Positions 22,759-35,056 of a stretch of DNA of 64,000 nucleotides are shown piece by piece. Positions within the stretch are counted from its first letter, which is position 1; each line of letters begins with the position of its first letter. This DNA comes from Schmidtea polychroa (lineage: Eukaryota): contig CM097885.1 in assembly GCA_044892525.1 (NCBI GenBank), forward strand, positions 235,974,001-236,038,000. The letters are read 5' to 3'. A program made the position numbers and the translations under genes. Under the pieces are notes generated by a model. That model worked only from the letters and a program-made list of their open reading frames with translations, did no database searches and was not told where the DNA came from.

Positions 22759-24801
22759 ATGAATTTTAATGATGACAATTTTCAAGCTACCAAAAAAACA
22801 AAAGTAACCAAAGTTCGAAATAAAACACCCGCACCTGTTCAAATTACATCAGAGCAATTGTTGAGGGAAGCAAAGGAAAGAGAGTTAGAAGCTACACCTA
22901 AACCTCCACAACAAAAGATATCTACAGAAACAGAGAAAAAAGAATATCAACTGCAAAAAAGACAGGATTATGAAAACAATATTCGAAAAGATAAATTAAA
23001 GATTATTAATTGGATGAAATATGCTTCATTCGAAATTTCCCAAAATGAAATACATCGAGCCAGAAATGTATTCGAAAGAGCAATAAATATCCATTACAAA
23101 GAAGTCTCAATTTGGTTGAAATATGCTGAAATGGAACTTCAGTGTAAACAAGTACAACATGCAAGAAATCTATATGAAAGAGCTTTGTCCATTTTACCAA
23201 GGGCTAATCAATTATGGTACAAGTATGTTTATATGGAAGAGAAATTGAAAAACATTGACTCAGCGCAAAAGATTTTCGCACGATGGATGGCTTGGGAACC
23301 ACCTGAACAAGCATGGCATTCTTTTATTAATCTCGTGAAAAAGTATGGTGAAATTGATAAAGTTCATATCATTTATAAGAAATTCGTTCAAGTCCATCCA
23401 GATGAAAAGAATTGGATTAAATGGGCGAAATTTGAAGAAAGCAATAATCGAAGTGATATAGCAAGAAACGTTTTAACAACAGCTCTTATATTTTATGGCT
23501 CTGACAATCCTCCACCGCATATTTTAAAGGAATTTGCAAAATTCGAAGAAAGACAACAAGAACATGAACGTGTTAAAGCCATTTATAAATATGCTTTGGA
23601 TAATTTACCGAAATATTTATCCGAAGACATTTATCAAGCATATTGTGAATATGAAAAGAAATTTGGTGATAAAATGACAATCCAAGAAACAATCGTTATG
23701 AAAAGACAGCATCACTATGAAAAAGTATTATCGGAAAATCCACATGACTATGATGAATGGTTTAGTTATATAGACATGATGGAAGAAGAGAATCAAAATA
23801 TAGATGAAATCCGTGAAATCTTCGAACGGGCAATCGTTAACAAGCCTTTGATTGAGAAGAAATATTACTGGCGAAGATATATTTACCTGTGGATTCAATA
23901 TGCGCTATTCGAGGAGTTGACGTGTAAAGATGCTAACCGAGCGATCGAGGTCTATTCGAAATGTTTGGATCACATTCCCAATAAGAAATTCACATTTGCC
24001 AAAATTTGGATTTATAAAGCTGAAGCTCACATTAGGCAGCGCGATTTCACAATGGCTAGGAAAACGCTCGGCAATGCGATTGGCCGATGCGGCAAGTTCA
24101 AATTGTTCCGCTTTTACATAAAATTGGAAACCGATCTATTGGAATTCGACCGAGTACGCACATTATATACCAAATTTATTGTTTTCTGTCCGGCCTATGA
24201 GCAATCCTGGATCGAATTCGCGAATTTCGAATTCAAACTAAAACAATTCGAGCGAGTTCGAGCCATTTACGAAAATGCACTGAAAGCCGAAGTCGTAAAG
24301 CCGTTTTATGTGTGGAAAAGTTATATTGATTTTGAGGCGAAAATAAAGGAATTTGACAACTGTTGGAAGCTTCATAGGAGGATTCTGGAACATGATGAAG
24401 ACGCATTGATCTGGTGCAGTTATGCTACTCTCCATCTCTTGGAATTCGATATTGATAAAGATGATGATGATAGTTTTCCAGAGGTTCTCGATAAGGTACG
24501 CGAGATTTTCGAGGAGGCGAATAAATCACTGAAGAAAATGGATAGCTCTCAGCGCGAAATGCTTTTAAAGACCTGGAAGAGATTCGAGGATGATTATGGG
24601 ACGGATGAGACTATTGAATACGTAGCTAAGAAATTGCCGAAAAAAGTCGTGCTGAGAAAACGAATAGATAATGAAGATGGCGTTCCAACATGGATTGAAT
24701 CAAGCAGCCTGGAATTCCCTGATGACGTACAACAAGACCACAACATGTCAGTTATTGATGATTTCCTTAAAAACGTTCAGGATTGGGATATGAGCCTTTA
24801 G
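22759..24801 (+). CDS. crn: Crooked neck-like pre-mRNA splicing factor (CRNKL1/Clf1/Syf3), intronless
   Basis: KVRNKTPAPVQITSEQLLREAKE N-terminus, tandem HAT repeats, YWRRYIYLWIQYA, FTFAKIW; AATAAA at ~24816. Confidence 0.96.
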   Translation: MNFNDDNFQATKKTKVTKVRNKTPAPVQITSEQLLREAKERELEATPKPPQQKISTETEKKEYQLQKRQDYENNIRKDKLKIINWMKYASFEISQNEIHRARNVFERAINIHYKEVSIWLKYAEMELQCKQVQHARNLYERALSILPRANQLWYKYVYMEEKLKNIDSAQKIFARWMAWEPPEQAWHSFINLVKKYGEIDKVHIIYKKFVQVHPDEKNWIKWAKFEESNNRSDIARNVLTTALIFYGSDNPPPHILKEFAKFEERQQEHERVKAIYKYALDNLPKYLSEDIYQAYCEYEKKFGDKMTIQETIVMKRQHHYEKVLSENPHDYDEWFSYIDMMEEENQNIDEIREIFERAIVNKPLIEKKYYWRRYIYLWIQYALFEELTCKDANRAIEVYSKCLDHIPNKKFTFAKIWIYKAEAHIRQRDFTMARKTLGNAIGRCGKFKLFRFYIKLETDLLEFDRVRTLYTKFIVFCPAYEQSWIEFANFEFKLKQFERVRAIYENALKAEVVKPFYVWKSYIDFEAKIKEFDNCWKLHRRILEHDEDALIWCSYATLHLLEFDIDKDDDDSFPEVLDKVREIFEEANKSLKKMDSSQREMLLKTWKRFEDDYGTDETIEYVAKKLPKKVVLRKRIDNEDGVPTWIESSSLEFPDDVQQDHNMSVIDDFLKNVQDWDMSL

Positions 24802-25113
24802 ATGAGTTTCGTTTGAATAAATATTTTTCCTGATTTATTCAGTTTTTAATTACAATATTTACTTATTTTATTCAAATATTTTCTTTGTAATAATTTGATT
24901 GGTTAAAATAGACAAAAATTAATTTTAAAAAATTAACTAATACTTATTTAGATGAAAATAATTAATATTATTTTCTGAAATTGAATTTAATTGTTTTACC
25001 CAGCATAGTAATGATAGAAATGCTAATGGAATAATATTGTTGAGGTTTATGAATGCCATTGTTAATTTCGTACGAAATATCTCTGTTTAGATTGCAATCG
25101 TGATATTATAGAG

Positions 25114-27577
25114 CAGCGGTTCTCAAATTCTTTGAAATTTTCTGCGAGGCGGTCCCTTTAAAAATTGTTAGATAGGTTGTGGACCCTTAATAATAAAAAA
25201 TAAAAAAGGTATAGCAAATAAAACATATATATTGAGAAAATATTACATCGTAAAAGTTAAATAACAATTTTAATGCGACGGATGCAGGCGTTTTTCCAGA
25301 ACTAGAGCTTCTAGATTTGGCTTTGTCTTGGCCAGTGCAACTCGCATATCATTTGTCGCGCATAATCTATTTCTTGCTTTTGTTTTAATTGTAAGTAGTG
25401 TAGAAAAAGCCGACTCACACTCATAGGTGGTTGCAAATGGAATGAGGACTTTTAGAGCCATCTTTGCAACATCAGGATAGGACAGTGCCATTTCAATCCA
25501 AAAGTCACTACAGCAAGTTCCACGGAAAACATGTTTTGCACCCTCATCGTTTATTAAATCAATAAATTGTTCCTGAACTAAATTGTCGTCCGAGAGCAGG
25601 TCACTAATAGATACTTCAAATGGGTTAGTGATAAACCGATGGTGTTTTTCAAATTCTCGCAGATCAGGAAAATAGTGAGACATTTCTTTGCTAAGAACGA
25701 ATACATGCTGTTTCATCATTTCAAGAATATCGGCATCGACTTCAAGCTCATTTTCATCAATATATGTATTCAGCTGCGGAAATGGAGCAAAATTCTTATT
25801 CTCTAACTTTGTAATCCATAGTTCGAGCTTCATTTTGAAAGCCGTCAATTTTTCATGACAATGTAGCACTGTGATATCTTTTCCTTGCAGCGTTAGATTG
25901 ATATAATTCACGGATTCAAATATGTCTCCCAAAAATGACAAGGAAAATAAGAAAACGGACATCGGAGAATTTTGTGTGCATGTCTGGTTTGGTATCTTTC
26001 AAAAATTGCTGAATTTCTTTATGGAGTATATAAACCCTCTTTAAAACTTTCCCTTTGGAAAGCCACCTCACGTGTGAGTGCAACAAGAGTTTTTCAATTT
26101 CGGAATCACTTTCTTTGCATAACTCGGAAAACAAACGAGAGTTAAGTGCATTTGATTTTATGAAATTTACTGCTGTAATCACATGATTGAGAACATTTTT
26201 CAACTCGTCAGGCATGGTTTGTACCATTAACGCTTGGCGATGAATAGTGCAGTGTGTACCAATCATGTTTGGGGATTTTTGTTTAACCAAAGTTTGAAAC
26301 ACAGAACGACAACCAAGCATTGCTGGAGCACCGTCAGTACACACGCCAATAAGATTTTCCCATTTGATATCAAGCGGTTCAAAGAATCTGTCCACTTTAT
26401 CAAAGATTTCTTTTGCAGTTGTTCTGGTATTGAGAGTTTCACAGAACAAAAATTCATCTTCCAGGTGTTTATCATACGTATATCGTACGTACACGCAAAG
26501 TTGTGCTAAGTTGGCGACATCCGTCGTTTCATCAAGTTGGATTGCAAAGAAGGAGAACGTTGAGTTTTGAATTTTTGACACCACTTGCGACAGAATGTTT
26601 TCGGACATTTCTGCTATTCGCCTCCGAACAGTGTCGTTTGACAGGCAAACGTAACTTAGCTTGCTGAGCTCCGAACATCCCAGAACATTTGATATTATAT
26701 CTTTGCAGCAAGGTAATATCAACTCTTCTCCGATATTGTGTGGTTTTTAGGCCGCAGCTATTTTCCTTGAAACCTCATAGGACGCTCTCAGACCAGCCTT
26801 AATGTTCTGCGACCAGATTCCTGTGTCATCAATCCTGGAGTTGTGCAGTCGTTTGGCTTGGCGCTTAAAGAAGTCGACATCTTTGGTCATTGAGCTGGGA
26901 TGCTTCATTTCTAAGTGTCTCTTTAACTTGCTGGGTTTAAGAAAAGAGGGTGCCAGCACCTCAGAACACAAGACACACTGTGGTTTCTCTTCACCTTTCG
27001 AATTTATTACAGTAAACCCATATTGTAAATATGAAATGTCATATCTCATTTTCTTTTTGGTGGGCATCTTAAATCTAAAAAAATCGATAAAATAAAATAA
27101 AATTATAAATTTATAAAATTATACAGCAAAACTTAATGTTTATTATACCACAAACTGTTTACAAGAAAATAAAATACTAAATGTGATGCGTCGTTCACTC
27201 GGAGAAAATACAATTAAAGACAAAGAATAAGCAGACAGGCCTGCTATATAAACCCTCGAGGTTGGACCGAGTCGAGATGAAAACGTTACAATTTAAAACA
27301 ATGACGTCACAAATTAGCATACAACCTCAACATGCACGCAAAATATTGGAGACACAAAACGCAGTTTTACCCCGTAAGGGGGCTAATTTTGAATTGATTT
27401 TTAATAACAGAAATGATTAAATTATTTTTTGATGTTTTTTTTAAATGATTTAAAAAAATGATTTAAAAAATAAATATGCGTTAGTTCGTCGCGGTCCCAC
27501 CGAAACTGCGTCGCGGTCCCACCGAAACTGCGTCGCGGTCTCCTAGGGGACCGCGGACCCCACTTTGAGAACCGCTG
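25114..27577 (-). mobile_element. Full-length hAT transposon (Buster/Charlie-like)
   Basis: TIRs CAGCGGTTCTCAAA / TTTGAGAACCGCTG; 8-bp TSD TTATAGAG; 22-bp subterminal tandem repeats at ~27488-27540. Confidence 0.97.
25270..27067 (-). pseudogene. hAT transposase split by a stop (26747) and a frameshift (~25940)
   Basis: BED finger PQCVLC..LKRHL, QLDETTD, CTDGAPAM, CTIHRQAL, RWLSKG, TTYECESAFS, HPSH. Confidence 0.95.
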
Positions 27578-30500
27578 TTATAGAGGTTGGTGTATTGCCG
27601 AGTCTAGTTTCAAATGTATTGTTGTGAAATCTTGGTTTTATCAATTCCTTCAATGTTACATAATTAACAATGCAGCTTTTGGGAACGTTAAGCGACAAGC
27701 TTTTTCAGTCTCATGACTTTACGATGAAACACCTATGTGTTGCGTAGTGGTGGTAAGGAGGTAAGAAAAATTTAACAATTTCATCCCTTAAACACCAGTT
27801 GAGTGAAAACGTAGGTAATGGGTGAATGTCAGCAAAAGTGAGTACATTCTGGTGAGCTGTAATAGTCAGACATTCAAAAACGACATTGGCGTTAGAGGTT
27901 CGTGCACAGCACTACGGACCACAAGAATTGCTAAAGACGTACCGATTCAAGAATAACGGGGGAGTTGTATTTTAAATATATCTTTTATTATATTATATTA
28001 CATAGTATTTTATATTTATTTATATTTTTTACATTTGTATTCGTTTATAAATTTTTATTTAAGCTCACCTTTGCCACATTATATTATATCATATTTATAT
28101 TTTCTTATAAATTTTTACGTAAACTTGTTAGGATTAATCTGGTGGGTAAGATACCTAACACAGTTACTAATTTATCTGACTCCAAAAAGATAATTTAGCG
28201 TGTATAAATAAATATGATTTAACTAAGGTAACACGATTATTAGTTATATTAGTTATAAGTTATATTTGTTATGCACAAAGCTTTTTAAAATGAATTTCCC
28301 AAAAATGTCCGCTGATATTAAAGTAAAGAAATCGGTTATTCTAACCGTCCTCACAAAAGAACACATGCTGGATCTACTTGCCTCACAGCGTTGCATATCG
28401 AGATAGGACTAAGATTGAGGGCGAGTACCGAATTTTACGCGATCGAATAGAGCCAGAGCGTTCTATCGTTACATAGATTTATCCACTTCTAATCGTTTAA
28501 ATTCCAACAAACAAATCAGGCTGAAATGCTGATGTTTGTGATCGGGTGTGATTTAATTTTATTTACGATCAAAAATTAGAGAGATTAATTAACCTTATGG
28601 TTATTCTCAATGAATTTTTCTTTGCGAGATCTCAATGCTATAAATTTCTACGAATTTTTAGCTAATGTCTCCACTTTCCCTTCTTTATATACTAAATGGC
28701 TCAACCGCTGTTTATTAATGAGTTCTGGTAGCAGCTGGTATTCTTCCTAGTTGAAGAGTTTTCCCAAAATTATTAATACTGATCACAGCTGGTGTTATTG
28801 CTTTTAATCCTAATTTGTTTTGTCTCTTACTTCGCTAGTCAGATCTGAGAATTAATCTTTATTACTTTTCTAATCAATATTGATTGAAGCGTGATTATTA
28901 TATTTCAACTGACTATTAATCTTCTATTTATATTATTTCAATTTGCAATATTAACTTAAACAAGTTCCATTTTAATATAATGTACAATATATATTACTAT
29001 ATTTAATATTTATCTTATTTATGGCAATTAATTTATGCTATTTTTATAATATTTATATTTATAGTAAATATTTATTTAAAGTATTTTTATAATCCTAATA
29101 TCTATTTATAGTAATTAATTATTCTTTACCTCATTGTTTTTCTACACCCTAACTACAAATCTCGCCTGCAACTCTACTGAATTCTTTACATGCAGCAGTG
29201 ATTCTTTCCCAACCACCATAGTAATGTCCCCAACCTCTTTTGATCACAAAATACGAGAAGTCAGTCACCACAAATTTACGCACTGACATTAGCACCTCTC
29301 TTCGCATCGACAAGGCATCATTTTACATGTTATGCAACAACTTCCGAGTTTCGTCAATCATTGATGTCCTTACCAATTTGGTCGGCTCACATTCACCGTG
29401 GTTTCGAATCTTTAAAACTCTTACGGCCTCCTTCCAAAAACGACGCGCAGATAATCTCCTTGATACCTAACCTGCCGAATTGATATCCGAACTTGCCTCA
29501 AAAAACGCTGGTTTTCTCGATATTCGGGAACACTCAACTTATCTGGTTCTTATATATAAATCAAAATAAGTCTATAGATAAATATTTATTAAAAACAAAA
29601 TTTACCAAATAACAGATTAAATTCTAAATCGATCTACACAGTCTATCCAAATAATTCTTTTATTCTATAATATTTTCTAAAAATGTTTGTGAAATATTGT
29701 GTTTTGTTATTATGTTGTGTCGTGCGTGTATATATATATAATTACTGTAAATAAAATTTGTGGAACGTTCTGTGCTGTTCCGGGCTTTATTTTATTCGTA
29801 GGATTAACCTTTGAATATTATTACAAGCGCTGAAATTTTGGGCGATTATACTAAAAATGTTTGGGGTATTTATTGGGGGCAAAATAAATTATATTCATTT
29901 TAATTGGTTAAAAAATACTGCAAAATAAATCATATTTATTTTAAAGAACACTTAAAAAATATCAGTTGTTTATTTCAAGAACACTTGAATTTAAAAAAGA
30001 TTTTCTTTTTTCCACTGTTTATTTAAAATTATTTAATTTTGTCTTTAACTGAAAAATTATTATTAATTAATTTATTTAGAATATTTTCCCTTGTGAAAAA
30101 TTATACTGTAATCATTTATCTAAAAGACTAACTAGAAATAAAATACTCAGTCTATTAAATATATACACCCGATAAAATATACATCATTAATCAGAAGGTA
30201 TTATACATAAATAATCAGACAGAAATTAATCAGAATAATAATAAAGGATAAAATATGCACAGATTGTTAGCTAGTTCGAGGAAAATGTTTGATCAATAAT
30301 ATTTACACAAATTGTTGAATCGTTCAAGAATAATGTTTTGTTGAATTAACTCGAATTGATTGGATTGTTTCTGGATTGAATTGGGTTGCATGGAATTGGG
30401 TTGTTGATTGTTGGGAAATTAGATTGTCTATTTATCTATGCTATTCGTCGACTCAGAATATGCCAATATCCCCTCATTAAGATCACTGACCGCATTCACG

Positions 30501-30899
30501 CACTCCAACTACACAAACCACGAGCACCACCGCTACCCCAAGTCATTAACGCAACTCATAAACCCGTCACCCTTTCCCCCACAACGTTAAAAGATATCCC
30601 AACGACGCATCGCTTTCATACCAGGCGCAAAATACCAACCATCCCCAACAAAAAGCACAAAAACCCTCCAGCCAACCAATAACGCCTCACTAATCTGCTT
30701 TTATCACAACTGATTCAATCAACACGCAGAGAAACGCTTTATCGGTTGAGATTGGAGTTTCGCACCAATCAAAATCCAAATAATCCCGATTTCCATCCAC
30801 CATCATCTTTTCAAGAACGAGGCCAGATTGTGCCTGACAGATGCACATGGCACACGAGTTGTTATTACTCGTCAAGTCACCTATCAAGTCATCGGATGC

Positions 30900-32790
30900 C
30901 CCTGGAGCCACCGATGTCTTACAGCCAGTGAATCCACCTTCTCACAGCAAAGCACGTCCAATGTACATAATATCAACCCAACCAACAAACACCGTTTGAA
31001 GGACAACGCTACTCTCTCAACATCACAACAATCTAGCTCAGCACCACACACCACACCACTTAGTGCACCACCCACAGCGCCACTTAGCTCGTCCAATGAC
31101 GACTTTAGTACAAGCGGTACGCCGGTACCACCACAAACATCGTGCACCACAGTTCACGCACTATTTACCGCTACACTTATTACCAAAATCGACACTCAAA
31201 CCATAACTCCACTCACTTCGCACCGAATTGCTGGAAACTTCGTTATTAACGCTCAACTATGCGACACCTCCGGACAGTCTAATCACCGCACTGTAACACT
31301 ACTCGTAGACACAGGCTTGTCCTATTTTCTAGTCTACCTAACACCATAAATGCAGACATAACCTTCCCTCCTACATGGTAGCCGCGAACGGTACACATAT
31401 ACTGCTCTCCGGTAAAATAACAATCCAATTTCGACTCCCAGGTTTCCTGAAACTCTTCTCAAACTCCCTTTACATCGCCGATACCACCTTCCCCATACTA
31501 GGCCTCGACCTCCTAACAAACGAAGCAGTGCACATCGACTGCAAAAACAGACTTATATATCAAGTACCTCTACCAGTTTCCACGATACTGCAACAACCAA
31601 CAATATTTTAATTAACAGTGAACAACGTAAAGTCCGTCATCCCAGAAAATATCCTCAAATCAGCAGTATTTACTATGGATTGTATACCGGTAAACCGGTA
31701 ATTTTATTTTCATTTACCGATTTACCAGTAAATGAAAAAATCGGTAAATTTACAATCCCTAGTATTTACTACTTCTTTCGGCAACTTCGAGTACCTTTTA
31801 CTGCCATTCGGTCTCAGGAACGCCGTACAAACACTTACACGCTTCATGGATATTACTTTCCGGCACCTGAACCACACGTTCGCCTATCCTGACGACTCTT
31901 CACATGCAAAAAAACTACTACAAGTATTCGACATTCTCAACAAGAACAACCTAATAAGTGTCAGTTTTTCAAGTCACGTGTTCGCTTTCTAGGCCACATA
32001 CTAATAACCGACGGATGTGAACGATTTAAGAAAAAATCAGACATCATCCGGTCATTCCACAAGCTGACCACAGTCACATAACTCCGTAGCTTTCTAGGAA
32101 CAGTAAACAGATTTATCCCAAATTCATCTCACACCACGGCCCCGTTGCCCGCCTTTAATCATGGTCCCATCAAATGGCCCAACAAAACACTCGGCATTCA
32201 CAACCGTAAATAAGGCCTTGACCAACATTGCATCGCTGTATTAGCCGCACTACGTCTCAGACATAGCAGCAGGTTCCGTTCTTCAATTCAAAGACGGCAT
32301 TCACCGCTCGATCGAATTTTTTTCCTGCAAATTCTCGCAAACAGAAATAAAGTATAGCGCCTTCGACAGAGAGTTACTAGCCATTGTGCTTTCTGTTAAA
32401 CATTTCAGACACTTCCTCTAAGGCAGACATTTTATTATTTTCACCGATCACAAGCTACTTTTACACTATCTTAACATGAAGGATCCGTCAAATAGATTAT
32501 TCCGCAACTAGCATTCTTATCATCTTTAGACTTCGAGATCAAACACAGAGCAGGATGAGATAACGTCATCGCATACTGTCTTTTGCGCGCAGTCGTAAAT
32601 TCAATATCCTTCTCGCCTCTCTTTTCATCGGATATCCTGTCCACACCACCATCCGAAACTGACATCTCCAAATTCAAAGAATCCCACAAACTTATTGACG
32701 GCGTCCAATATGACACATCTTTTAAAAACTCATTGGGTCCCATATTACACGAAGCACTACGCAAAGACGCCTTCCTCACAGTCCATATTG
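30900..32790 (+). mobile_element. Highly degenerate Ty3/Gypsy pol remnant (different lineage)
   Basis: LLVDTG protease; FEYLLLPFGLRNA..AYPDD RT; YSAFDRELLA..FTDHK RNase H. Boundaries approximate. Confidence 0.85.
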
Positions 32791-33015
32791 GGTTTAGATA
32801 TAAAACAATACATTTTAAGCATTTACAAAAATTGTTTAATAGTAAAATTGGATAAAAATATAAAACCTTTTATTTATTTTCGAGATTTTTCCAAATTTGA
32901 TACTTTGAATTGGATCTTCTCCTCGGTTTTCTGTTATCTTCTTATTTTGAATTTCTTTCCTTGATTATAATTTGTATTCGCTTTTGCTTTATGATTGGCT
33001 AAATTTGAAATTGAA

Positions 33016-34080
33016 TCACGATTTCGCTTGACTTATTTGTTTCTTCAGTCTTGAATTTCCTAGATGTTGTAGATTTGTTTGAAATGAACTAAATTCTTTT
33101 ACAAGAGGTAATATTAAAGGTGTTACCGTTTCTAGTGTCTCTACCGGTATGCGCAACTTCAGCATCCAGTCTAAAATCTGATTAATTGTTTCTCCATCCA
33201 AGGGAGATTTTTGTAGTTCAAATCCCAATTTTTGGGTCAACTGTTGGGATTCCTCCAGCTGTTCTATATTTTCATTAGTGTAATCAGGAATACACTATCC
33301 CGGTCTATTACTGAAACCGGTATTTGTACCCATCTGGAGGCAAGTTTCGTCACCCTACCGTTCAAGATTCTATTCTGCAGAAACGTCTCGCTTCCTATCA
33401 ACTTTTTTCCACATATATATAATTCATATCTCCTATACTCTTCAGAGTTTCTATTAACATCAGCTCGACATTTGATATTTATGTCGAGTTCATGCTCCTG
33501 CTCATGTGAGAGTTGTATATGAAGATGGACATCTCGTGAATCCCACTCGCGCTCCATGGCTGCTTCTAATTTTCGTAGGATTTTGTGTCTTTGTGATACA
33601 TTGGATCATCTTTGACTTGAGATATCAGTTTCACTACTGTATCGATCTCATTATTTTTTTATCTCAGCTTTAGCCAATTTCTCTAATTGTTTAATCAGTT
33701 TCTGCTGATACTCATATATGGAATCCACCAGTTTCATATACTTCTTTAAGGTATCTGACCCCTGTATTACCTTTGCTTTTCCTGGCAAAGTTACGCCGAA
33801 CTCGCTCAGTATGGTTGCCCTACTAGATTCGTTATCAAAATCCCTTTCTGATTCCGTTTCCTCATGGTTCTCTCTATCGGAGGCCGTTTTAACTGCTTTG
33901 ACTTCATCTCTTCCGACATTCACCATGAAGATGGTATCTTCTTGGTTTTTCAATCTCACCAATCTATTCTTTTCCTACTGAATTTCCATTTCCAGTTGTT
34001 GTAGATAGGTTAATCCTTGACCTTGGTTAACCATAAATGCCGTTTTTGGTTTGTTAAAATTACCCTTATCGGTATTGTCA
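33016..34080 (-). pseudogene. Broken reading frame(s) of unknown function
   Basis: Three consecutive protein-like minus-strand ORFs (33962-33651, 33557-33264, 33240-33016); the first extends upstream through one stop to the element junction. Confidence 0.4.
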
Positions 34081-34093
34081 CTCTAATTCTAAG

Positions 34094-35021
34094 AGTAGGT
34101 AGTTAGTAGCCCGCGGGAGCAATAGGGGGGGTAAAAATGTTGCAACTTTTGATTGCATAATTTTTTCCGTAGACATTTGTTGATTACATAATTGTTGCCG
34201 TACGCTCCAATGTTTTTTGTTCTGGGATTTTAAATACAAAATATTTTTTTTCAATAAACAAGCCAAGGATAAGTATTATTTGGGTGGGTCTCATTGGTCC
34301 TGGGAATTTCAATAGAAAAAGGTAGTCTTCAATAAAAAAGCATGGATTTTTCAGACTATAGTGAGGGGGTCTTCTTGGTCCTGAGAATTTCAATAGAAAA
34401 GGTGGTTTACATTAAAAACGCATAGTAAATTTTTAAAATAAAACAAATTATGGGTCTAAAATTTAAAAATAAAGTAAATGATGGGTCTAAAAAATTAAAT
34501 TTAAGTAAATCAAGGTTCAGATTTTTTGAATTATAGTCAATTATGGGCCTAAAAATTGAATTATGGTCTAAAATTTTAAATTAAAGTAAATTAAGGTTCA
34601 AATTTTGAATTAAAATAAATTAATGTTCAAATTAGTAAATTAAGATCCTAAAAAATTAAATTAAAGTAATGAATGGGTACAAATAACTAAATTAAGGTTC
34701 TAAAAAATTAAATTAAAGTTAATTAAGGTCCAAATTTTAAAATTAAGTAATCATTGGTAAAAAATTTTAAATTAAAGTTAAATAAGTAAATTAAAGTAAG
34801 ATTTTAAAATTTATTAACAAAAAGTTGAAATAATAGGTGTTTGAGAATTGAAATTTTTTAATGAAATTTTTTATGAAATAATTTTTTAAGTAATTTTTAA
34901 TAGAAATTTTAATGAAATATTTTTCAATGGTAATTTTTAATGGAGATTTTAATGGAAAAATTTTTAAGATAATTTTTAATGAAAATTTTTATGAAATATT
35001 TTTCAAATGAAAATTTCAATG

Positions 35022-35056
<35 letters not shown>

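Noticed and set aside
27960..30450. Possible LTR pieces (purine tract then TGTA at ~27966; AATAAA..TACA at ~29750-29824)
   Set aside because: No paired LTR, TSD or primer-binding site could be established.
34094..34110. AGTAGG as a telomeric repeat
   Set aside because: Not tandemly repeated; occurs once per element end.
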